Below are positions 19,220 to 28,313 of a DNA stretch of 64,000 bases, in pieces; within the stretch, counting starts at the first letter, position 1; the number at the start of each line of letters is the position of its first letter. The notes under the pieces were generated by a model, which worked only from the letters and a program-made list of their open reading frames with translations, ran no database searches and had not been told where the DNA came from. The translations under genes were made by a program, and so were the position numbers. Origin of the DNA: Bdellovibrionales bacterium (GTDB lineage Bacteria; Bdellovibrionota; Bdellovibrionia; Bdellovibrionales; JAUICD01); assembly GCA_965203275.1 (NCBI GenBank), contig OZ241865.1:928001-992000 (forward strand), written 5' to 3'.

Positions 19220-19404
19220 CTGGGATCCGGGATCGAGCAACCCGGCATCAGAAAGAACTCTTTTTCCTTAACATCATGTTAAAAGAGGAAAGGATACTTT
19301 CTACTAAAAGTGGTCAGGCTTTCTAGGTTGCCAGCATTTGAGAAGGCGATAGCCTTCGGCTGGCAACCAGAAAGTAGCCAGAGGCTAGACCACTTTTAGT
19401 GAAC
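19220..19404. repeat. Element A full copy, preceded by GGATCC heptamers
   Basis: ACTAAAAGTGGTC; CTTTCT-A-GGTTGCCAGC/GCTGGCAACC-AGAAAG; GAAGGC-GATA-GCCTTC; TAGCC-AGA-GGCTA. Confidence 0.9.
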
Positions 19405-19495
19405 CAACAGCGAATATTTTATATAGAAATATTGTAAAGCTTTAGGTGGGCTTAGAGGCTTAGAGGTTGAAATCAACTGGTTTTGATTTAAGGAA

Positions 19496-20155
19496 TTATA
19501 CATTTAGATTGAGTTGTTTGGGTTTGAAAGTTTGAGGTGAATTCACAAGTTTAGCACTGTCACCGACTGCCTTAATCACAAATAATCCTTGTCCCTCTGC
19601 ATATTTGATAAGGAGCTTCTCATTGTCTGCTTTCAAATAACCTATAGCAATGTAAACTTTTTTATTGGAAAATCCATTGTCTTTGATAGCTAGAAAATTT
19701 TGTACTTTTTTAATAAAGTCTTTTACTTTTGTTTTTGTCATTTTCTTTTTAGCTTCTGTTATAATGACTTTATCACCATTGATGGTGATAGAATCAAACT
19801 CAAACTCAAGCGGAGTGGCACCATCCATAAAACAGTAAGTTTTTTTGTTGATAGTTTCTACCTTGCCTTTGATGATCCCATAATCTTCAAATAGCCTTTC
19901 TACATTGTCAGAAATAAGAATCTCTACAAAATCTCCCCATCTATGATCCCAATCACCTCTTAATTTATTAATATTATTTGCTGTCTGTCTAGTCACTTTG
20001 TCTATCTCTCCACTTAATTTGTCTATATTTTGACGTGTCTCGTCTATTTTTTGAGCTAGATTTTTCTGCACAGCAATAACTTCTTTCAGTGCCTTCCACA
20101 CTGCTTCAGGTGTATGATCAGATTCTTTTTTCTTTTTGTTGTTTTGATTAGCCAT
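19496..20155 (-). CDS. Coiled-coil + PD-(D/E)XK-fold protein (DUF3782-like), paralog 1
   Basis: 'WGDFVE', 'EFDSITINGDKVIITEAK', 'YAEGQGLFVIKAVGDS'. Confidence 0.7.
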   Translation of the reverse strand: MANQNNKKKKESDHTPEAVWKALKEVIAVQKNLAQKIDETRQNIDKLSGEIDKVTRQTANNINKLRGDWDHRWGDFVEILISDNVERLFEDYGIIKGKVETINKKTYCFMDGATPLEFEFDSITINGDKVIITEAKKKMTKTKVKDFIKKVQNFLAIKDNGFSNKKVYIAIGYLKADNEKLLIKYAEGQGLFVIKAVGDSAKLVNSPQTFKPKQLNLNV

Positions 20156-20159
20156 ATTT

Positions 20160-20475
20160 TTTTCACTAAAAGTAAACTAGCCTCTGTTTCCCTAAAATTG
20201 AACTAGCCTCTGGCTATTTTTGGGCAGTTAGCCTTTGATGACGGCGGTAGCCGTCGGGCTAACTGCCAGAAAACATGCCAGAGGCATGATGCATTTTGAG
20301 TGAATTAGAGGCATATCTTGTTTCCCTAACATGGTGTCAGAAGCAAGGAGATCCGCTCTACTCAAAATGAGCAGATTTTTGAGGCATTGCTCTTTTTAGA
20401 CAGCGATAGCTGTCAGAGCAATGCCCAAAAACACACCAGAGGTGTGGCTCATTTTGAGTGAAATGTTAAGGAAAA
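20160..20475. repeat. Element A cluster (nested, fold-back and full copy)
   Basis: CCTCTG|TTTCCC junction near 20186; full copy ACTCAAAATGAGC...CACACC-AGA-GGTGTG-GCTCATTTTGAGTGAAA. Confidence 0.85.
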
Positions 20476-20806
20476 TGTCTTTGATTATCGGGCTATAATG
20501 CCAGAGGCATGATGCATTTTTTACAGGCATATGTATTTTTTATTGAGCAGATTTTTGAGGCATTGCTCTTTTTAGACAGCGATATACTAGAGGTGTGGCT
20601 CATTTTCGAAAATGTCTTTATTATAATTTTACAATGTATTTTTTATTATTTTATAGTCGATTGATTACCATGTCAAACTTTTTAAAAGCAAGCAGAATTT
20701 AAAAAAATAGAAACTACATAAATCAACTCAATGAAATCATCTATCTATCAAACTTAAGTTTAAGGGCAAGCGAGCTTGATGGTGATGGAACAGGAAATGA
20801 AAAGAA

Positions 20807-21592
20807 TTACAAATTTAAGTTCACTTGCTTGGGTTTGAAAGTTTGAGGTGAGTTCACAAGTTTAGCACTGTCACCAACTGCCTTAATCACAAATAATCCT
20901 TGTCCCTCTGCATATTCAATAAGTAGCTTCTCATTGTCTGCTTTCAAATAACCTATAGCAATGTAAACTTTTTTATTAGAAAACTCATTGTCTTTGATAG
21001 CTAGAAAACTTTGTACTTTTTTAATAAAGTTTTTTACTTTTGTTTTTGTCATTTTCTTTTTAGCTTCTGTTATAATGACTTTGTCACCATTGATGGTGAT
21101 AGAATCAAACTCAAACTGAGTGGCACCATTCGCAGAGCAGTAGACTTTTTTATTGACAGTTTCTACCTTGCCTTTGATAATCCCATAATCTTCAAATAGC
21201 CTTTCTACATTTTCAGAAATAAGAATCTCTACAAAATCACCCCATCGATTGTCCCAATCACCTCTTAATTTATTAATATTATTTGCTGTCTGTCTTGTCA
21301 CTTTGTCTATATTTTGCTGTGTCTGTTTACTCGCTTTGTCTATATTCTGACGCGTCTCTTTACTCACCTTGTCTATATTTTGCCGTGTCTCTTTACTCAC
21401 CTTGTCTATATTTTGCCGTGTCTCTTTACTCACCTTGTCTATCTCTCCACTTAATTTGTCTACATTTTGACGTGTCTCTTCCATTTTTTGAGCTAGATTT
21501 TTCTGCACAGCAATAACTTCTTTCAGTGCCTTCCACACTGCTTCAGGTGTATGATCAGATTCTTTTTTCTTTTTGTTGTTTTGATTAGCCAT
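20807..21592 (-). CDS. Coiled-coil + PD-(D/E)XK-fold protein (DUF3782-like), paralog 2 with expanded 11-aa repeats
   Basis: Near-identical to paralog 1 but with extra 'IDKVSKETRQN' repeats. Confidence 0.75.
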   Translation of the reverse strand: MANQNNKKKKESDHTPEAVWKALKEVIAVQKNLAQKMEETRQNVDKLSGEIDKVSKETRQNIDKVSKETRQNIDKVSKETRQNIDKASKQTQQNIDKVTRQTANNINKLRGDWDNRWGDFVEILISENVERLFEDYGIIKGKVETVNKKVYCSANGATQFEFDSITINGDKVIITEAKKKMTKTKVKNFIKKVQSFLAIKDNEFSNKKVYIAIGYLKADNEKLLIEYAEGQGLFVIKAVGDSAKLVNSPQTFKPKQVNLNL

Positions 21593-21600
21593 ATTCTTCC

Positions 21601-21748
21601 TTCACTAAAAGTGGTCTGACCTCTGGTCACTTTCTGGCGATGACCACGATGGCTTTCGCCATCGGTAAAATGGTCATCGCCTAGAAAGCCTGACCACTTT
21701 TAGTAGGGAGGATCTCCTTGCTTTTTAACTACATGTTAAGGAAAATGT
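21601..21748. repeat. Element A full copy
   Basis: TGACC-TCT-GGTCA; CTTTCTGGCGATGACCA/TGGTCATCGCCTAGAAAG; CGATGGC-TTTC-GCCATCG. Confidence 0.9.
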
Positions 21749-21892
21749 CTTTATTATAATAATTTACAATGTATTTTTTATTATTTTATAGTCGATTGAT
21801 TACTATGTCAAGCTTTTTAAAAGCAAGCAGAATTTAAAAAAATAGAAACTACATAAATCAACTCAATGAACTCATCTATCAAGCTCAAAAGT

Positions 21893-22260
21893 TTAAGATG
21901 CTTGAGCGAGTTTGTCAAAGTTAATGGCAGGCAAATGATCCATAAGCTTTTGAGTTTCAAAGGAAACAGTGATCACACTTAAAAGCAATTTAAGAATATA
22001 AGCTGGATCCTCTGAATAATCATTTGGATTGTTTGTGATTTGAGAGTCTTTGTCTGTCTTCCTTGGTATCTAGCTGTAATCCACTTTACGGCAGAGCAAC
22101 CATTAAGTTTATAATTCCACGCTTCCTGTGGGATATTCTCAATGGTGATGCTATCATTAAATATAATCTTTGATTTGTCTATTTTGTTGAGTTTCATTTT
22201 CTTAACCTTTAAGTCTTCTGGTTTGAGAGAGCTTAAAAGAACAATTTGATTGTCTTTTTT
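21893..22260 (-). pseudogene. C-terminal remnant of a Type ISP restriction-modification enzyme
   Basis: 'KMKL..DKSKIIFNDSITIENIPQEAWNYKLNG.SAVKW..RYQ' then, after a frameshift, 'TDKDSQITNNPNDYSEDPAYILKLLLSVITVSFET...LP'. Confidence 0.75.
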
Positions 22261-22490
22261 AATGTGTACCTTTGGATTTTGTCTTTTAAATTTTAGTAAA
22301 ATGCCCAGTAAAACATATTTCTGTAAATTTTTATCAATAAAACCTTGACATAGAAAGCTATGTATTATTGAGTAAAGATGATGATGAAAATATGAAAATC
22401 CTAAAAATAAGGGGGAAAGATGAAGTTTCAGATGAATAAATTAATGATTTCCCCTAAATTAAAAAGCTTACAATAAAAAAAGCTCATATC

Positions 22491-22570
22491 CTAGTGGCAC
22501 AAAATCTCTTTCGGCTCATAACCTACTGATTTTACTCAACTTTATTTTTGCAGGCTATCAAACTCAGGAT
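22491..22570 (-). repeat. Element B copy
   Basis: Reverse complement of TCCTGAGTTTGATAGCCTGCAAAAATAAAGTTG...AGGTTATGAGC...GATTTTGTGCCACTAG. Confidence 0.8.
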
Positions 22571-22773
22571 TTACTTAAGGATGTTCCTATCCGCTTTTTT
22601 TAATTCTTAAAAAGTGCTTGATTTTCGGTCCTAAATAAGATATATATCAAAAATTATCAAGGCTTACTTCTAAAACATAGAAAAAGCCCTTTTAATCAAG
22701 GCTTTAACCTTGTATGTACTTTATTGTTATTTAACTTAAAAAATTTAAACCCATTTAAAAGGAGTACCAAACA

Positions 22774-23487
22774 ATGAGAAATCTATATTTATCTTTATTT
22801 TTATCCATGGTTGCATGTCAAATTTCAGAAGCTACTCAAAATGTAGGCAAATCAAATACAGTAGCCACTCAAAATCCAGTAGAAAATGGTGCGAACATTA
22901 ACCTTCAAAACTCTGATGTCTGGACGGCTTTAATGTTGGCCAGTTTTGATGGTGATCTAGAGCTTGTAAAGGAATTGCTAGCGGCCGGAGCGGACGTCAA
23001 TCATCAAAACAAAAGTGGCAAGACGGCTTTAATGCTGGCTATTTCTAAAGGCCATACAGAGATTGTAAGATTATTGCTAGAAAATGGTGCTTACGTCGAT
23101 CTTCAAGACGAAGATGGCAATACGGCTTTAGGTTATGCTAGTAATGAAGACCATATAGAAGCTTTAAGGACATTGCTAGAAAATGGAGCTAACGTCGATC
23201 ATCAAAACAAAGGTGGCTGGACGGCTTCAATGATTGCTAGTCATGAAGGACATATAGAGAGTTTAAAGTTATTGATAGAATATGGTGCGGACGTCAATAG
23301 TCAAGCATTTATGGGCTATACGGCTTTAATGATTGCTAGTCATAATGGTGATCTAGAGCTTGTAAGGTTATTGCTGGCAAACGGAGCTAACGTCTATCTT
23401 CAAAACTTTTTTGGATTTAGTGTCTTAGACTATGAGAGAGTACTTTCAGAAGATGTGAATAAACTCTTAAGAGAGTCGGTAAAATAA
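22774..23487 (+). CDS. Ankyrin-repeat protein, probable lipoprotein
   Basis: Signal ending 'MVAC'; five to six ankyrin repeats; AAGGAG RBS. Confidence 0.9.
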   Translation: MRNLYLSLFLSMVACQISEATQNVGKSNTVATQNPVENGANINLQNSDVWTALMLASFDGDLELVKELLAAGADVNHQNKSGKTALMLAISKGHTEIVRLLLENGAYVDLQDEDGNTALGYASNEDHIEALRTLLENGANVDHQNKGGWTASMIASHEGHIESLKLLIEYGADVNSQAFMGYTALMIASHNGDLELVRLLLANGANVYLQNFFGFSVLDYERVLSEDVNKLLRESVK

Positions 23488-23565
23488 CTATTTAATAAGA
23501 ATATACGGGCCGTAGCAATCGGCCTTTATGCTCAATTCAAGCCGGTCTTTCAGACTTACTTAAAA

Positions 23566-23596
23566 AAAGAGGGACTGTCGTGGGGACCCTCTTTAA
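23566..23596. terminator. Possible intrinsic terminator hairpin
   Basis: AAAGAGGG...CCCTCTTT stem downstream of the ankyrin gene. Confidence 0.4.
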
Positions 23597-23597
23597 A

Positions 23598-23709
23598 ATG
23601 AAAACGTTAAAATACCTTTAAAGTTCTCAAAAAGGGTTTTAGTTTAATTGAATTAATGGTCGTCGTGGCTATTATTGGATTATTGGTAGCGATCGCAATT
23701 CCAATATAA
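23598..23709 (+). pseudogene. Type IV pilin N-terminal remnant
   Basis: 'KKG|FSLIELMVVVAIIGLLVAIAIPI*' prepilin motif (Gly codon at 23635); upstream ATG out of frame; stop right after the helix. Confidence 0.75.
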
Positions 23710-23871
23710 ATAAAAAATAAAAATGATAATGAGAAATGATGTAAAAATAAAAAGGTTATTTCTTGGTCGACGTATCAAAATATCCCTTTTAAATTGTTAT
23801 TGATGATCAATATAATCTCTTAGCTCTTTATCTTGTCAATTTTTTTACAAACTTTGTCACAAAACAAAAAC

Positions 23872-23930
23872 CTAGTGGCATAAAATCTTATTAAGCTCAT
23901 AACCTACTGAAACCTCACCTTTATTTTTTC
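23872..23930 (-). repeat. Element B partial copy
   Basis: CTAGTGGCATAAAATCTTATTAAGCTCATAACCTACTGAAACCTCACCTTTATTTTT. Confidence 0.75.
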
Positions 23931-24162
23931 AAGTGTCAAAGTCAATAGTGATTCTTTTTGATACAAAATATATAAATTATATTTTTTAGCAAAAAATATA
24001 AAGGTTTATATCATAATAGACGATAGAAATTAAACAAAGATAGAAAATCAAAAATTCCTTAGAGCATCTATTCTTAATAAGAAAGAAAGAAGCGATTAAA
24101 GAATTATTGAAAAAAATAAAATGCGGTAAAGTCCATAAAAAGAATATCTGAAAGGATTCTCT

Positions 24163-25986
24163 ATGCCTCAAGTAATAGCTTGTATAGTTATCGTGATTTT
24201 TTCTCTTGTGATTATTGGAGTTACAATTTATTTTTGGCCTTCTGGCATAAAAATCAAAATGTTAAAAGATCGACTCAATCAAGCTATCAATAAGCTTCCA
24301 ACAACTCATCATAGAGAGGAATTTGTAAACAACTATCATCACATCAACGATTTTTTTAGTCGTGATGAGTCGGTTTTTTCTTATCTTTGGAAAGAATTTA
24401 CAGAACAACTGATAGAACCTTCAGCAGAATCACAACAGAAGTTTTTTCAAAATAGTATTCGTCCTCAAAAATTCTTCACTTTAGAAGCCTTATTGACCTT
24501 AAATAAAATTGATTTAAGATCCATCAGCTCTGCCCCAGGCATTTTAGTAGGACTTGGTGTATTTGGTACTTTTTTGGGTTTAACAATATCTCTTATGTTT
24601 GTTGCTCTTTCCGGCTTAAATGACAATGCAGCTGAAGCTGTACAAACTCTTATTTCAGGTTCTGGTGTGGCTTTTATCACCTCTCTTGTAGGGTTATTTT
24701 GTAGTCTGTTGTTTAATTGGCATTCAGATAAAAATATATCTGATCTACAACATTTAGTGAATAAATTCAATGCTCGCTTAGAAAAAAGCCTTTTATTTGT
24801 GACAGAAGAATATTTGCTCATTCAACACTTCAAAGAGATTGCTCAGCAAGGTAAATATTTAGAAAACATGGACGAGAAAATAGCTCTAAAAATTGGAGAC
24901 ATAACCCAACAAATAGGCAAAGAAATGAAAGAAATTGTCCTTAAAAGCAATCAAAATATATCCGAAAACTTCCTTACTGATCTCACTAATAAAATGACCT
25001 CTGGAATGGGGGATTTTGCTCAAAAACAGACAGAAAATTTAGAGAAAAATCTATCTTTATTACAAGACAAGCTCCCTCATCTTATAGATCGTCTTGCAGA
25101 TTCTCAAGAATCAAATAATGAGACCACAAAAAATGCAATCAATAGCATGACCTCATCAAATTTAGAAAGTCAAAAACAAATTCACCAATCCATGCTCAAT
25201 GCTGTGCAAAATATAAAAAGTGCATTTGAAAATTCTCAAAATCAAAACAGAGAAAATACAAAATCTATGATGACTGATATGGCTAAAATCAATACAGATC
25301 ATCAGGAACATATTAATAAGTCCATTTCAACAACTATGCAAAATATGAGAAGTGAATTTCAAGAGATCACAAAAGATCTAAAAGAAAATATGATTTCAAC
25401 TTTTATGGAATCATCGGAAAAATTAAAAGAATTTTTAGAGAATTTTCAACACATCAATGATCAACTTCTAAAACAAACAGAGTTATCACAAAAGCGATCT
25501 GATCAAATTGTAGAAAATCTTCATTCTTTTACAAGTCATTTAGAAAAAAATATTGCAAAGGCCAATGATACAGTCCTTCTTATGAAGGATGCTACTGACA
25601 ATTTCTATCAAACTTCTCTACAACATGGGCAAATTATAGATAAAAACAAACACCTGATCCAATCTTTTGATACCCTATCTAAAGATATGACAAAGGTATC
25701 TGTCTCTATAACAGAAACACTACAAAAACTACCAGTATTTATAGAACAAATAGAAAAATCAAACATATCTTTACAAAACATTTGGAAGGACTATGAAAAA
25801 AGATTTATCAATGTAGATGAATCTGCAAAAGCTCTTTTTGAAAATATCTGTGAAGGTTTAAAATCTGTTTCAGATCAAAATGCAGAATATATTACACAGC
25901 TTTTTCGGCAATCTACTCAAGTCTCAAATCAATTTGCCCAAGCTGTAGAAGAATTAAAAGACAGTATTGAAGATATTAACTCTTAG
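24163..25986 (+). CDS. zorA: Zorya protein ZorA (MotA-like TM domain + long helical tail)
   Basis: N-terminal TM, 'LWKEFTEQL', 'PGILVGLGVFGTFLGL', 'AFITSLVGLFCSLLF', ~400-aa helical tail; precedes an OmpA-type gene. Confidence 0.88.
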   Translation: MPQVIACIVIVIFSLVIIGVTIYFWPSGIKIKMLKDRLNQAINKLPTTHHREEFVNNYHHINDFFSRDESVFSYLWKEFTEQLIEPSAESQQKFFQNSIRPQKFFTLEALLTLNKIDLRSISSAPGILVGLGVFGTFLGLTISLMFVALSGLNDNAAEAVQTLISGSGVAFITSLVGLFCSLLFNWHSDKNISDLQHLVNKFNARLEKSLLFVTEEYLLIQHFKEIAQQGKYLENMDEKIALKIGDITQQIGKEMKEIVLKSNQNISENFLTDLTNKMTSGMGDFAQKQTENLEKNLSLLQDKLPHLIDRLADSQESNNETTKNAINSMTSSNLESQKQIHQSMLNAVQNIKSAFENSQNQNRENTKSMMTDMAKINTDHQEHINKSISTTMQNMRSEFQEITKDLKENMISTFMESSEKLKEFLENFQHINDQLLKQTELSQKRSDQIVENLHSFTSHLEKNIAKANDTVLLMKDATDNFYQTSLQHGQIIDKNKHLIQSFDTLSKDMTKVSVSITETLQKLPVFIEQIEKSNISLQNIWKDYEKRFINVDESAKALFENICEGLKSVSDQNAEYITQLFRQSTQVSNQFAQAVEELKDSIEDINS

Positions 25987-26002
25987 AGAAAGTAGCATAA
26001 TT

Positions 26003-26833
26003 ATGGAAAAAGGCTCTCATTATAATCTTTGTATTAGTGATCTGCTTATGGGTTTATTGTTTATTTTTATCCTTATTCTGTTAAAGTTTATGCTGGATTA
26101 TCAAAATAAAAAACAAGACTTGTCAGAACCTTTAGTTGAGAGGAATCATGTTATTGAAAATATTGCAAAAGAGCTTGAAAAGAAGGGTGTTAAAGTGGAA
26201 GTAGATAAGGAAAATGGAGTCTTAAGATTAACAGACATACATTACTTTGATGAAGGTCAGTATGAGTTAAGTGCAAAAGGAAGAGAAGACTTTCAAATCA
26301 TTCAAAAAAGTTTATTTGAAAATATTATATGTTATTCTCACTTACAAAGCTCTGGTACAAAACAAAGATGGCCTATTCATCCTACTGAATCAAACTTAAA
26401 TAAGTGGATTGATCATTGTAAGGAAAAACAACCTGATCAATATGGGCTTATTGACTCAATTCTGATAGAAGGTCATGCTGACAGCAAACCTATACCTCAA
26501 AATGGAAAGCTATGGAAAAAAGGCATCAAAACAAATTTAGATCTAGCTATGAAAAGATCTATTATAGCATTTCAATTTTTAACAAAGTACAGTGAATCTA
26601 CTTCTCAAAAAAAAGAATCTGGAAATCATCTCCATGCACTTGAAAATAAGCAAGAAAAACCTCTTTTTGGAGTTGCCTCTTATGGCAATTTAAGAAGAAG
26701 TCAGAATCGCAACCCAGCACAATTAAAAAAAAATCAAGCTGGAGACAGACGTATTGATATACGTTTTATAATGATTCAGACAGAAGATGTTAAAGAAGTT
26801 GTATCACAAATATCTAAAAGTATATCACAATAA
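26003..26833 (+). CDS. zorB: Zorya protein ZorB (MotB/OmpA-like)
   Basis: TM 'ISDLLMGLLFIFILIL' with conserved Asp; 'IEGHADS', 'NLDLAMKRS', 'DRRIDIRF'; ATG at 26003 preferred over TTG at 25967. Confidence 0.88.
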   Translation: MEKGSHYNLCISDLLMGLLFIFILILLKFMLDYQNKKQDLSEPLVERNHVIENIAKELEKKGVKVEVDKENGVLRLTDIHYFDEGQYELSAKGREDFQIIQKSLFENIICYSHLQSSGTKQRWPIHPTESNLNKWIDHCKEKQPDQYGLIDSILIEGHADSKPIPQNGKLWKKGIKTNLDLAMKRSIIAFQFLTKYSESTSQKKESGNHLHALENKQEKPLFGVASYGNLRRSQNRNPAQLKKNQAGDRRIDIRFIMIQTEDVKEVVSQISKSISQ

Positions 26834-26847
26834 GAAGGTACTCAATT

Positions 26848-28293
26848 ATGAATGAAACAAAATTTTATTTAAAATCTTTTTTTACAAATCGTCGTCTCAA
26901 ATCAATAAATTTACTTATTGATAATAATTGGACAAAAACATCAATAAAAATTCAAAACTGTAAACAAAAAATAAACAAAAACATAAAAAGAATAGGTAGG
27001 TCTGATGCAACAAACCTTCTCATAAATAAAAACATAAAAGACATTTATAAAGAATGTCAAAAATATTGGACAGAACACAAAACATTTAAAAATAAACCAT
27101 CTCGACAGCTTAGAGAAATATTTTTAATTTTATTTCCAAACCCTAATGAAGGAGTTAATAAAGGCATATATGATCAACCAGATCAATTTAATAACTTTTT
27201 AGATGTTTTAATCCAGCAAAATAAACAATCTTATTTAAGAAGGCTTATATCAGAGCTTCTTTATCATTACCCTCAAAATAAATTATTGTTTCACCAGCTC
27301 AATAAAATTTATAATCACTTAGATAAAAACAAAAAGAGCAATCAATGTTTTATTGAATCTAATAGATGTTTTCATTTAACAGAAAAAAAGGGACCAGCTA
27401 TTATTGCTTCAAATATATTGGATACCAATAAGAATCTGGATTCCATTTTAAAAGATATTTGGATTAAAGAAAGACATTTATTAGGTGGTATCGGCCAATC
27501 CATTGCTTTACATATTTGTCCTTTGGCTCAGGGTTCACTCCAGTTAGAAGATGAAAAAATGCTGGATCGCATTCTAGACTATTTTACATCAAGTAGATAT
27601 AATGACCTTAAACTTATTGTAGCAACTCTTTTAAATCCTTTTCAGGATCAAAAGCCTAAAAATAATTCTATCCAAACAAAAATTACAAAATTTTTAGATC
27701 AACGTGTTGGAGATCCCAGACATAAATCCGAACGCTGGATGAATATGCCTGAGCAAAAAGCAATTTTCTTAAGATGGAAAGTAGATGAAACTATAAAGAA
27801 CTTTCTTGAATTGCTCACATATACAGCCAAAGAAGATTTAGATGCTGACAGGATGTGGCCCTTTAGAAAAGAATTTATTGAGTGTTATTGGCAAGAAGGT
27901 CATATTAATGATGCTTGGATTATACTTGGGAAAAAAGACTATGACAACAGAAATAAATTTTTAGAAAAAGATTTTGAAGGTTATGGTCAACTTCAAGAAG
28001 GTAATTCTGCCCATTCTGTTTTACTTTTTCAAATAGATGATCTTACTATTTCTGAATGGAATTACAATGGAAAAGCAAGAATATGGAAAGAAAATAATCA
28101 ACATGCTCCTAAGTTTTATGAAAAAATATATTTCAGAGATGATTTGGCATCTTACTCTTACTCTGACTTAGAATTAGTCCATAGAGATGCTGAGGTGTAT
28201 TCTTGGCAGAAAAGACTCAGTGAGTATATAAAAAAACAAACAGGTATTGAGCCTCCTCTAAAATTATCAAAAAAAATCTATCACTATCACTAA
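26848..28293 (+). CDS. zorC: Zorya protein ZorC (EH-signature domain)
   Basis: 'VGDPR...W', 'RMWPFRKEF', 'DAWIILG', 'ISEWNYNGKARIW', 'VH...SWQ'; third gene of the operon. Confidence 0.8.
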   Translation: MNETKFYLKSFFTNRRLKSINLLIDNNWTKTSIKIQNCKQKINKNIKRIGRSDATNLLINKNIKDIYKECQKYWTEHKTFKNKPSRQLREIFLILFPNPNEGVNKGIYDQPDQFNNFLDVLIQQNKQSYLRRLISELLYHYPQNKLLFHQLNKIYNHLDKNKKSNQCFIESNRCFHLTEKKGPAIIASNILDTNKNLDSILKDIWIKERHLLGGIGQSIALHICPLAQGSLQLEDEKMLDRILDYFTSSRYNDLKLIVATLLNPFQDQKPKNNSIQTKITKFLDQRVGDPRHKSERWMNMPEQKAIFLRWKVDETIKNFLELLTYTAKEDLDADRMWPFRKEFIECYWQEGHINDAWIILGKKDYDNRNKFLEKDFEGYGQLQEGNSAHSVLLFQIDDLTISEWNYNGKARIWKENNQHAPKFYEKIYFRDDLASYSYSDLELVHRDAEVYSWQKRLSEYIKKQTGIEPPLKLSKKIYHYH

Positions 28294-28313
28294 TAGATTT
28301 AATAAGGAGTTTT

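Noticed and set aside
24163..26833. Flagellar motAB or exbBD/tolQR
   Set aside because: The long ZorA tail and the downstream EH-signature and SNF2 genes fit Zorya instead.
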